IMG/VR virus record: IMGVR_UViG_3300009095_000001
Location: 33,538 to 97,537 of that record
Length of the DNA stretch: 64,000 nt
DNA from: a virus
Taxonomy: Duplodnaviria; Caudoviricetes
Strand: one strand, 5' to 3'
The translations under genes and the position numbers were made by a program. The notes beneath the pieces are model-generated. The model was not told where the DNA came from. It searched no databases and worked only from the letters and a program-made list of their open reading frames with translations. Below are positions 18,192 through 26,770 of the stretch, piece by piece (the stretch's first letter is position 1; the number at the start of each line of letters is the position of its first letter).

Positions 18192-18638
18192 CCGTGAACG
18201 CGGCAACGGCCGGCGCGCCGTGAATGGGTCGCCGACCCGGCGGTGGTGCCGAGCCGAGCCGAGCGCTCGGCAGCATCGAGCCAAGCGCGAGCGCCCACTA
18301 GCGTGAGTTTTCGTGCGTCGCGTCGACGTTCCGATCGGCCGCCTATCGACCGATCGGAACGCCGAACGAATGACCTAAAGACCACCGCGCGGGCAAGTTG
18401 AGACAACTGCGCACGCGGCGGTCGGAGCGTGGCGATCTGACACACCGGGGTGTTATCGTGCGCACAAACGAGCCGGCCTGTTGGCGCAGACCGGCTCAAG
18501 ACCACCAGGGAACGACGAATGAAGGCTCAAAACATCGATTTGGTAGATGAGCGCACTTTAGCGCGTTGGGTTACGCGTGACCAGCACCCCGGCCTGCGGG
18601 TGGGGAATGTCGTCGGGGCACGCGGTGTCCGGAGGCGC

Positions 18639-19256
18639 ATGACCGGACAACGACTGACCATCACCGCGGCTCTTGCCGCCTTGCTCGTGATCGCCGGCTG
18701 CGATCCCGAGCTCGACACCACCAACACCGAATTGCGCAGTATCTCGCCGATCAGCTGGTCGAGCGTGGGCTGCATGACCAACGGCGGGACCGATCGCTGC
18801 TACGCGCGGACGGACGAGGGGACCGACTTTCGGATCCCCGTCGTGAGCGCGTGCTCGCTGGCCGCCAAGGTCGAGAGCGGCGAATACGTCGAGACCGACG
18901 ACGGCTGGTATTGGAGCTGCGACTACGGGCGCTCGCCGGAGACCTTCACCGACGCGATGTGCTTCCACGATTCGGCGACGCACGTGGTGTGCTTCGGCGG
19001 GAGCGACGGCTGGTACACGAAGGTCGAGCCGTACTGCGCGGGCGCGAAGTACAACGTGCCGGTCGATCCGTACTGGCCGGAGACGGCGTGCCGCGGAGGG
19101 CTGGCGAGCACCTACCACAACTACGATGGCATCTACGTCGTCGACGGTGGCACGCCTTGGTGGGGCCGCGCGGCGAATGGAGACGACGCGTTCTACGGCT
19201 CGCCGTCGTGCGCCATCCCGACCCTTCACCCCGCGGGCAACCCCTACGATTGCTGA
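18639..19256 (+). CDS. Cys/Trp/Tyr-rich lipoprotein
   Basis: GGAGG RBS; LTITAALAALLVIAG-C lipobox; many further Cys. Confidence 0.8.
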   Translation: MTGQRLTITAALAALLVIAGCDPELDTTNTELRSISPISWSSVGCMTNGGTDRCYARTDEGTDFRIPVVSACSLAAKVESGEYVETDDGWYWSCDYGRSPETFTDAMCFHDSATHVVCFGGSDGWYTKVEPYCAGAKYNVPVDPYWPETACRGGLASTYHNYDGIYVVDGGTPWWGRAANGDDAFYGSPSCAIPTLHPAGNPYDC

Positions 19257-19298
19257 AAGGAGTCCGCCATTCCTCGATGACGGGATTCAGTGACCACC

Positions 19299-19760
19299 AT
19301 GCGTAACGCAATTCTAACAACCATCCTCCTTTGTCTCTCCATGCCCGCTTGTGACGCCGACGATGAGGACTTTCGTGGCGATTACGACAGCATGCTCGTC
19401 GACTGCGACCAATATGGCCAATGCTGGGCGATTCAGCCTGGCGGCTGGGATGCTTGGGCGGCAGCCATCACGAATGTCCAGATCGATGATGCAGTGGCAG
19501 CTGGCGTGCTGGTGTCGACGCGCACCAAGATCGCTGGCGATCAGTGCTGGCGGATTGCAGGGACCGACGGCCACATGTGCGCAGTGTTCCTCGGCACGGT
19601 CAAGCTGATCGGCCGCCCCGAGTCCGAGTTGGTCCTCACGTCGCCAGCGCAATCGTGCTGGTTCGAGGGGCTGTGGGACTACAACCGGTCGGGCTCCGGC
19701 ATGTGCTTCGGGGTCATTGAAGGCGTAGCTGTCCAGCTTAGCTACGCACCCCCGTTCTAG
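19299..19760 (+). CDS. Cys-rich lipoprotein
   Basis: MRNAILTTILLCLSMPA-CDADDEDFR; three Cys pairs. Confidence 0.75.
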   Translation: MRNAILTTILLCLSMPACDADDEDFRGDYDSMLVDCDQYGQCWAIQPGGWDAWAAAITNVQIDDAVAAGVLVSTRTKIAGDQCWRIAGTDGHMCAVFLGTVKLIGRPESELVLTSPAQSCWFEGLWDYNRSGSGMCFGVIEGVAVQLSYAPPF

Positions 19761-19780
19761 CCCCGGATAACGACCAGACG

Positions 19781-19814
19781 AAAGCGACCAGGCGAAGCTT
19801 GGTCGCTTTTTGTT
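19781..19814 (+). terminator. Rho-independent terminator (probably bidirectional)
   Basis: AAAGCGACCAGGC-GAA-GCTTGGTCGCTTT-TTGTT between convergent genes. Confidence 0.8.
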
Positions 19815-20860
19815 TACCTCTGCGGGTTGACTACGCGGATGGTGGATTCACGAATCTTGCACGTAGCAGCGGCGTTTGGATCACACTTCAATCGATAGAG
19901 TCGGCCCACGGACACGCCTGGAGTCAGTCGCCTGGCGATGCGAAAGAACGACCACTTCGCTGCGTCAGAGTTGTCGTTCCAAAATACCGTGACGGGGTTC
20001 CCCTGGTCGCTATATGTTCCGGATCCGTCGTCGTATTGTAGCTGTAAGACCACGTTGTCTCCGCCGCCGGTGTTGACCTGCCCCCATCCCTCCGCGATGA
20101 CGAGCACCTCGCTAGACTGCGGCAAACAGCGAACACTAGTGACCAGCGCAAGATTGGTAGCTTGAAGCGCGGTCTCGGCCTCTTGCTCTCCTGTCGCGTA
20201 GGTCCACCCGTTTGTGCTGTGGTGCACATAGTTCAGCGCAGGGTCGTCCGTCGGCCGATAGACCAGATTTCCGTTGCTATCGGCTACGAGTTCACGCTCG
20301 CTCGCCGGGGCAACGGCCGGCGAGAGCTTGACTACTCCGGTTGTCAATTTCGCTCCGGTGGTGATCGAAACGTCGGCCTTGTGCTCCGCTGTGTCGTTGA
20401 ACGCCGCAGGTTTATTGAACGTGGCCGTGTTATCGAATGTCGCGGTATTCTTGAACACCGCTGCTCCGTTGAAGGTGAACGTGACCGTCGCCGACGTCGA
20501 CACCGGACCGTTGAATTCCGTGGTCCCGTTGAAGTCCGCCTCGGACCCGTTCGCCATGATCAGCGAGCTCCCGGACTCAAACTCCACCGTCGCGTTGTCG
20601 CTCACAAACAACTGCGCGCCGTCGAGAAGCGTCGGCGTTCCCGACCACTGCCAGCTATTCAGCGCCGTGGCGACCTGGTCGAATACCAGCCCGTCCAACG
20701 TCCCGCCCTGGCTCAGCACGATGTTGACGAGCTCCATCTGAACCGAGTTGCACCACTCAGGGCTGAGCTGCGTGGGTGGAGTGTCCGTCGTGCCTTTGAA
20801 CCCGTGGAGCCCGGGCCCGAACATGTTGGCGACAGCCGTAGGAGTGAGGATGACCTGCAT
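19814..20860 (-). CDS. Tail fibre protein (Mu gp49/S-type N-terminus)
   Basis: GFKGTTDTPPTQLSPEWCNSVQMELVNIVLSQGGTLD...DQVATAL anchor motif; hexapeptide F(N/D)xxAx shaft repeats; lower-GC C-terminal domain. Confidence 0.75.
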   Translation of the reverse strand: MQVILTPTAVANMFGPGLHGFKGTTDTPPTQLSPEWCNSVQMELVNIVLSQGGTLDGLVFDQVATALNSWQWSGTPTLLDGAQLFVSDNATVEFESGSSLIMANGSEADFNGTTEFNGPVSTSATVTFTFNGAAVFKNTATFDNTATFNKPAAFNDTAEHKADVSITTGAKLTTGVVKLSPAVAPASERELVADSNGNLVYRPTDDPALNYVHHSTNGWTYATGEQEAETALQATNLALVTSVRCLPQSSEVLVIAEGWGQVNTGGGDNVVLQLQYDDGSGTYSDQGNPVTVFWNDNSDAAKWSFFRIARRLTPGVSVGRLYRLKCDPNAAATCKIRESTIRVVNPQR

Positions 20861-20914
20861 GCGCGCAGACTAACACGTTCGACAGCGGGCGATCTCGGCT
20901 GCTACCTTGTCCAC

Positions 20915-22762
20915 GTGGACGGGACCGAACGCAGCGACGACGACGAGTTCGTGCTGCTGCAGTATCAGCGCGAGTGGGTCGATGAGCTGATCGTCAACAG
21001 CGTCTGCCCGGTCTGCAGGTCAGCCAGCGTCGCGCCTCCGGGGCCGATGGGACTGAGCAAAGAGGAGCGTGAGCTGGCTATCGCTGAGCAGCGAGAGCTC
21101 GCTGCTCAGCTCGAGGGGCACGATACCCGGTGGCTCGCGAAGACCGAAGATCAGATCGCTAATCTCGAAAAGCGGTTGGTGGCGGATGGCAAATGCGATC
21201 GCTACGGCTGCTACGGCTGGCTAGTCGCCAAGAAGAAAAACTTCACCGTCGTCGCTGAAAAGAGCCGCCAGATCGGATTCACGTGGGGCACCGCCTGCGG
21301 AGCGGTGATCGTCGCATCGCTGCCGAGGAACCAGGGCGGGCTCGACGTCTACTACATGTCGACGGGGCAGGATGATGCTCGCGACTTCATCAACGAGTGC
21401 ATGCGGTGGATCATCGAGAAGTTCTCGCCGATCCTCGAGCGCTGCCCGGAAGTCGAAGAATTCGATTGGATCGACGACGACGATCCCGTAGCCATCCAGA
21501 CCTTCCGCATTCGGTTCCCGAGCGGGTTCGCTATCTACGCGCTGCCAAGCCGACCTGCCCGTATGCGAGGCAAGAAGCGGTGCCTAGCGATCCTCGACGA
21601 AGCGGCGCAAAACGACCTCGACGCGTGGATCAAGGCCACGGGCGCTCTCAAGTTCTGGGGTGGGCAGCGTGCGATCATTTCGACGCACTACGGATCGGAT
21701 AGCGCCTTCTACAAGTACGTCCAGCGCGTCAAGGCGAGCATTGCGGACGGCAAGCGGATGGCGTCGCTGCATAGCGTGTTCCTGCATGACGCGCTTCGGC
21801 AGGGCGTCTATCGCCGCATGTGCAGGCTTGCGCGCCCACAGGTCCGGTGGACGCAGGAGCTCGAGGACGCGTGGGTAGAGGAACTGCGAAACGAGTACGG
21901 CGATGGCTTCGACGAGGAGTGCCTGGGTATCGTCGCGGGCGCGAGCAATCAGCTGATCGGCCGCCAGCTCGTCGTCGCTGCGCAGACGCTGTCGCCCGCC
22001 GAATGCCCGATCGTCGAGATCTGCGGCGGCGATGAACCCCGCATGTGGATCAACGGCGACCTGGTCGAGAGCTCGGACAAGCCTTGGCCGCTGCCCACCG
22101 AGAGCGTGCAGGAGACCGCTTCGCCCGAAGAGCGCGAGCGGATGGTGCGTGGCTGGCTCGACGCGCACCTCGCATCGACCCTCAAGCGCATCAACGCGCT
22201 CGGCCACGACATTCACGTCGGCGACGACTACGGCCGCTCGGGCGATATCAGCTACAAGGTCATCGGCACGAACGACTCGGCCAACCGTCGCGCGGTCCGG
22301 CTGGTGATCGAGTGCGATCGCGTCCCGTTCACGATCCAGTCCCAGATCGCCGACTACTGTTGGCCGATCCTGACTCGCCTGCGCAGCGGCTCGGGCGACG
22401 GCAACGGCAACGGCTCGCAGTGTGCCGAGCGGGCGAAGGACATGACCCGCGGGAAGATGGCGGTGACCATGCGGCTACCCGACACCGCATTTACTCGGCT
22501 CCGCACTCGGCTCGAGCACGGGACCCTCGCGCTTCCGCGGCACAGCAAAGAGCTCGCCGACGACCTGACCTCGCTCAAGCGCAAGGGCAATGGCAAGGGC
22601 ATCGACGCACCGCAACGCAGGACCGATCGCGGCCAGCAGCGGCACGCCGACGGTGCCTACGCGCTTGCCCACTTCGAGCACAGCATTGATACTGACGGTC
22701 AGGTCGTGCAGCTTTCGTCTGTTCGACGCGTGAAAAGGTCACTGTTCCCGACGAGGCGATGA
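20915..22762 (+). CDS. terL: Terminase large subunit (Mu gp28-like)
   Basis: LLQYQREW, EKSRQIGFTW, ILDEAA, IISTHYG, FDEEC, GDDYGRSGD, HADGAYALA; GTG start at 20915. Confidence 0.92.
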   Translation: MDGTERSDDDEFVLLQYQREWVDELIVNSVCPVCRSASVAPPGPMGLSKEERELAIAEQRELAAQLEGHDTRWLAKTEDQIANLEKRLVADGKCDRYGCYGWLVAKKKNFTVVAEKSRQIGFTWGTACGAVIVASLPRNQGGLDVYYMSTGQDDARDFINECMRWIIEKFSPILERCPEVEEFDWIDDDDPVAIQTFRIRFPSGFAIYALPSRPARMRGKKRCLAILDEAAQNDLDAWIKATGALKFWGGQRAIISTHYGSDSAFYKYVQRVKASIADGKRMASLHSVFLHDALRQGVYRRMCRLARPQVRWTQELEDAWVEELRNEYGDGFDEECLGIVAGASNQLIGRQLVVAAQTLSPAECPIVEICGGDEPRMWINGDLVESSDKPWPLPTESVQETASPEERERMVRGWLDAHLASTLKRINALGHDIHVGDDYGRSGDISYKVIGTNDSANRRAVRLVIECDRVPFTIQSQIADYCWPILTRLRSGSGDGNGNGSQCAERAKDMTRGKMAVTMRLPDTAFTRLRTRLEHGTLALPRHSKELADDLTSLKRKGNGKGIDAPQRRTDRGQQRHADGAYALAHFEHSIDTDGQVVQLSSVRRVKRSLFPTRR

Positions 22763-22763
22763 A

Positions 22764-25130
22764 ATGACCAAAGCAGCCAAGAGCCGAGCGAGCGGTGCGA
22801 AATCGGGTGTGAAGTCGGTAGCGAAGTCGGGGGCAAGGGGAGCGAGGGTGAGCGCGAAGCGGCCAGCAGCGAAGGTCAGCAAGCGCGGCGACAGCAAGCC
22901 CGCGGCCAAGGCCACCGCACGCACCGACGGCACCAAGACCACGCAGAAGATCGGCGACATTGCTGCGATCCTGCGCGGCGAGTTCACGCCCGGCATGCCC
23001 GGCTGGCTGTTCGGCGAAGCGGCCTATGCTTGGTATCTCAGCAACGGCGTCGCGCGGCAGATGATCGGCCGCTTCGCCAGCCTGATGACGAAGCCAGCCC
23101 ACAAGTACACGCACACCGACGTGCGCGACTTCGACTGGGCCCCCACGATCAGCAAGCTCGACGACCTCAAGTACAAGATCGCGTGCCGCATGGCTGCGAC
23201 GTGGGCGTTCGTTTTCGGCGCGGGAATCATCGAGCACGTGGTCGACGATTGCGATCGCGACGGCGAGCCGCTCGAGCTCGTCAACGTCCGCGCGTACAAG
23301 GGCGTCCGCATCCACACCTCCTACAGCCTGCGGCCGCAACACGGCTACGACTGGAAGACCGCCGAGTGGTTCGAGACCGTCCGCGTGGGAGCTCGCCGGC
23401 TCATCCATCGCTCGCGACTCACGATCATGGTCGTCACCGACACGCCCGACGGCATCGTGATCCCGTCGATCAGCGGATGGCCGCCGAGCTGGCTCGAGAG
23501 CATCTACCAGTCCTTCAACGAGTGGACGAAGATCGAGTGCGACGTGTCGGCGATCGTCCGCACGTTGTCGATCTTGCACCTGCAGCTCGAAGGCTGGGCG
23601 AAAGCAGCGGCGAACCCAGACAGCGTCGAGGCAGCAGCCGTCGCGGCTCGGATCGAGCAAGCCCTGGAAGGCCTGAGCTCGCACGGTCTGCTCGTGACCG
23701 ACAAGGCGGACGCGCTCGGCGAAGCTTCCCGCCAGATCACCGGGCTCGACAAACTCGTCGAGCGCAAGGCCCTGCGTGCAGCGGCGAGCTCAGGCGTTCC
23801 GAAAGAGCTGCTGCTCATGGAGGCCGAGGGCAACCTCGGGCTCAACTCCGCGCCAATCGACGCCTACTACGATCTTGTCAGCGGCTGGGCGGAGCAGATG
23901 ATCGTGCCCGCGATCACCCGCGCGTCCGAGATCGCGCTCGCGGCTCAGCGCTACAAGGCCAAGCTGGCGGGCGAGCTGCTCGTCGTGCCCTCGCAATTCA
24001 TCGTGGTTCAGGACGCGATCCAGCAGGCGACCGGAAAAGAGCGGGCCGAGCAGCGCAGGGCCAACGCGGACGCGCGCGCTTCCGATGCGACGAAGACCGG
24101 CGTACCGCTCGAGGTGATCCTCGGCGACCCCACGCTGCGCGAGGACTACCCGGATATCGACGCGTTCCTCGAAGCCAAGGCCACGCGCGAGCAGCAAGCC
24201 CGCGAGAAGGCGCAGGCGTCCGGGCTCGACAACCCCGAAGGCGAGGATCTGATCAGCGCCGCGCAGGCGGCCAAGGCGTTCGGGATCACCGGGAGCACGC
24301 TGATCAAGTACGCCAAGCAAGGCATCGTCCGCGGGCACCAGGTTGGTGGTCGGTGGAAGTTCTATCTCTCGCAGGTGACTCAGGCGCTCATGGGCAAGTC
24401 GCCCGAGCAGATCGAGCAAGCCGTGGATCAGCGGCTCGACGATATCGGCCTGTCCGAGTCCACCAAGTTTGGCGACGTGTGGGGCGCGAGCGATGCGATG
24501 CGGGAGATCTTCGCGGTGCTCGAGCGCATCCGCGACACCACGCTCTCGGTGCTGCTGCTGGGCGAGACCGGCACCGGCAAAGAGGGCATCGCTCGGGGGC
24601 TCCACGTCTCCGGGCCATTCGTCGCGCTCAACTGCGCCGAGCTCGACTACGAACCGCGCGAGGCTGCGAAGCGACTGCGCGAGGCTCTGACCGCGGCGGC
24701 CGGCGGCACGCTGTTCTTGGATGAAGTCGGCGACTGCCCGCGGGACGTTCAATCCGCGCTGCTCCGCATCCTGGCGACCGAGCACGAAGCCCGCATCGTC
24801 TCGGCAACGTCGCGCTCCATGGACTGGCTGCGGCCGGATCTGTACTACCGGCTGGCCGAGGTCGAGATCGAGATCCCACCGCTGCGCGATCGAGAGGCCG
24901 ACGTCATCACGATCGCGCAGGGCATCTACGAGAGCTACACCAGCGAGCGCGGCTACGAAGCGGCCGAGCCTGCGTTCACCGAAGCCGCGATCGCAACGAT
25001 GCTGGCCTACCCGTGGATGGGCAACATCCGCGAGCTTAAGTCGGCCGTGTGCCGCGGCGTCGAGCTGGCGCCTCGGGCCGCTCCGGTCGGCATCGAGCAC
25101 CTGCAGCTCAACATGCGAGGCCAGCGTTGA
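22764..25130 (+). CDS. Portal protein (DUF1073-type) fused to excisionase-like HTH and sigma54-activator-like AAA+ domain
   Basis: Follows terL; YLSNGVARQMI, IHRSRL, ITGLDKLV, AASSGVPKELL...GLNS...YYDLV; then ISAAQAAKAFGITGSTLIKYAKQGIVRGHQVGGRWKF; then GETGTGKE, FVALNCA, GGTLFLDEVG, LRPDLYYRL, IPPLRDR, YPWMGNIREL. Confidence 0.85.
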   Translation: MTKAAKSRASGAKSGVKSVAKSGARGARVSAKRPAAKVSKRGDSKPAAKATARTDGTKTTQKIGDIAAILRGEFTPGMPGWLFGEAAYAWYLSNGVARQMIGRFASLMTKPAHKYTHTDVRDFDWAPTISKLDDLKYKIACRMAATWAFVFGAGIIEHVVDDCDRDGEPLELVNVRAYKGVRIHTSYSLRPQHGYDWKTAEWFETVRVGARRLIHRSRLTIMVVTDTPDGIVIPSISGWPPSWLESIYQSFNEWTKIECDVSAIVRTLSILHLQLEGWAKAAANPDSVEAAAVAARIEQALEGLSSHGLLVTDKADALGEASRQITGLDKLVERKALRAAASSGVPKELLLMEAEGNLGLNSAPIDAYYDLVSGWAEQMIVPAITRASEIALAAQRYKAKLAGELLVVPSQFIVVQDAIQQATGKERAEQRRANADARASDATKTGVPLEVILGDPTLREDYPDIDAFLEAKATREQQAREKAQASGLDNPEGEDLISAAQAAKAFGITGSTLIKYAKQGIVRGHQVGGRWKFYLSQVTQALMGKSPEQIEQAVDQRLDDIGLSESTKFGDVWGASDAMREIFAVLERIRDTTLSVLLLGETGTGKEGIARGLHVSGPFVALNCAELDYEPREAAKRLREALTAAAGGTLFLDEVGDCPRDVQSALLRILATEHEARIVSATSRSMDWLRPDLYYRLAEVEIEIPPLRDREADVITIAQGIYESYTSERGYEAAEPAFTEAAIATMLAYPWMGNIRELKSAVCRGVELAPRAAPVGIEHLQLNMRGQR

Positions 25131-25504
25131 CGATCAGCGAGCGCCAGTTTCCGATCATCGCTCCGCGCGACAACAGGGGCCGCGTGCTTGGGGGCTGCCC
25201 GGAGTCCGTGCCCTGGTCGTTCGTCGAGCCCCACCGCGCGCAGGCGCTGGCGAATCATTCGCAGACCTTGGAGCGGTTGGCCGAGCGTGGCGGGCTCGCG
25301 CCGAGTGAGCTGCACGCGATCGTGCACGATCGGCCGTGGGTACCGATGGACCGCGACAAGGCGGTGGCTTGGCTGGTCGAGCGAGTGCAGACCATGGCGA
25401 TGGAGCAGGCGCTGCGGCGGGCTCAAGTCGAATCGCTGGACAGCTACACGGTGACGACGGTTGGGCCGGTGCAGTCAGGCACGTTGCGGGAGTTCAAGCG
25501 GTGA
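25127..25504 (+). CDS. Phage hypothetical protein
   Basis: PHRAQALANHSQTLERLAERGGLAPSEL; TTG start overlaps the portal stop. Confidence 0.7.
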   Translation: MTISERQFPIIAPRDNRGRVLGGCPESVPWSFVEPHRAQALANHSQTLERLAERGGLAPSELHAIVHDRPWVPMDRDKAVAWLVERVQTMAMEQALRRAQVESLDSYTVTTVGPVQSGTLREFKR

Positions 25505-25902
25505 CGAAGGGCGATCGCGTCTGCATCATCGGCGGTCCGCGGGTCGGCAAGACGACCCTGGCCAGCTTGATGGAGAACGTGCTGCACACCGACGACCTGG
25601 TCGGCCGGCTCGAATGGTCGGCCGCGAGCGAGCTGGTAGCGACCGACTGGCTCATGCGTCCCGGGCCGTGGGTAATCGAGGGCGTTGCGGTCGCGCGGGC
25701 GCTGCGAAAGTGGCTCGCCGCCAACGCCAAGGGCAAGCCGTGCGATCGCGTGCTCGAGCTGACCAAGCCGCTCGTGGAGCTGTCGAAGGGTCAGGCGGCG
25801 ATGGCCAAGGGGCACGAGACGGTGTGGCAGCAAGTGCGCCCGCTGCTGCTCGAGCGCGGAGTGGTGGTGGAGCTGGGCGCGTTGCAGGAGATCCAGCGGT
25901 GA
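25501..25902 (+). CDS. Small P-loop kinase (nucleotide-kinase-like)
   Basis: VCIIGGPRVGKTTLA, LHTDD, WVIEGV. Confidence 0.8.
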   Translation: MTKGDRVCIIGGPRVGKTTLASLMENVLHTDDLVGRLEWSAASELVATDWLMRPGPWVIEGVAVARALRKWLAANAKGKPCDRVLELTKPLVELSKGQAAMAKGHETVWQQVRPLLLERGVVVELGALQEIQR

Positions 25903-26564
25903 CCATTGGCGAGCGACTGCGACGCGAACGGAAGCGCGCCGGGCTGACTCAGGCTGAGCTCGCGCTCGCGCTCGATGTGCACCATGCCTACGTGTGGAAG
26001 ATCGAGAACGGGAAACGTAGGCCGTCGAAGCGCCTGATCGACAGGTGGTCGGCTGCCACGGCATCGACGCAAGCTGACCTGTTGCTCGAAGGCCCGGCCC
26101 TGTTCGACCTTGCGTTTCCGATCGACCGACGGATAGACGACCCGTTCACCGCGCGGCGCGTGCTCGACGTCGTGCCGGCGGGCGTTCGAAAGCAGGTTTC
26201 GGTCTGGCCAAGCAGCAATGAGACGGTGCTGCGGCTGCGCGCTCGCGGGTCAGCGTTGCCGTCTGCGATCGGCCTAGCCGGCACAACGGCCCCGGGCATC
26301 GGTCAACTCGGGACACCGACAGTCTCGCCGCTGCGCGCAGCCGATGAGCTCGTCGCCTGGATTCGAGCAGCAGACGAACGCCATGCAGCGGAGCAAGTCG
26401 AGGCACGCATGGCCGCTGCTGCTGCTCGTGGATGCGTCACGATCGGCAGGTTCGGCGCGGTGTTTGTGGCTCGCGTGGCCGCTCTGAGCAAGCACGCGTC
26501 GGTGGCATTGCAGGATTTGGTCGAAGAATCGCCAATCGGTCTTTTTGTGCCAGCCGCATGGTAG
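25899..26564 (+). CDS. XRE-family HTH protein with C-terminal extension
   Basis: IGERLRRERKRAGLTQAELALALDVHHAYVWKIENGKRRPS. Confidence 0.85.
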   Translation: MTIGERLRRERKRAGLTQAELALALDVHHAYVWKIENGKRRPSKRLIDRWSAATASTQADLLLEGPALFDLAFPIDRRIDDPFTARRVLDVVPAGVRKQVSVWPSSNETVLRLRARGSALPSAIGLAGTTAPGIGQLGTPTVSPLRAADELVAWIRAADERHAAEQVEARMAAAAARGCVTIGRFGAVFVARVAALSKHASVALQDLVEESPIGLFVPAAW

Positions 26565-26604
26565 GCGCGAGAGATTGGCTATTTGATCACAAAAAATGAC
26601 ACAG

Positions 26605-26643
26605 CCGCTCGCGCGTGTGCAAGACAAGCACGCGCGCGAGCGG
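26605..26643. promoter_or_regulatory. 16-bp inverted repeat upstream of the head operon
   Basis: CCGCTCGCGCGTGTGC-AAGACAA-GCACGCGCGCGAGCGG. Confidence 0.45.
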
Positions 26644-26656
26644 GTACCACATTGGC

Positions 26657-26770
26657 GTGGACCAGTCGAAAAAGTCGAGCGAGCAGGCGAAGCCCAAGGC
26701 CGCGCCAAAGCCCGCGCCGACCAGCGACGAGCGGCCGGTTGATGGAAAGCCCATCACGAGGTTCGGATGA
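26657..26770 (+). CDS. 37-aa peptide coupled to the protease gene
   Basis: My translation MDQSKKSSEQAKPKAAPKPAPTSDERPVDGKPITRFG; TGA overlaps ATG 26767; TACCAC 6 nt upstream. Confidence 0.45.
   Translation: MDQSKKSSEQAKPKAAPKPAPTSDERPVDGKPITRFG

Noticed and set aside
19814-20860. Invertible tail-fibre segment or diversity-generating retroelement
   Set aside because: No invertase, flanking inverted repeats, reverse transcriptase or TR/VR repeat pair seen in the window
20162-20914. N-terminal 251 aa of the 866-aa terminase ORF
   Set aside because: Antisense shadow of the tail-fibre gene; terminase motifs begin after GTG 20915
24440-25130. Functional sigma54 transcriptional activator
   Set aside because: GAFTGA loop and C-terminal HTH are missing; I also saw no convincing TGGCAC-N5-TTGC promoter in the intergenic regions inspected
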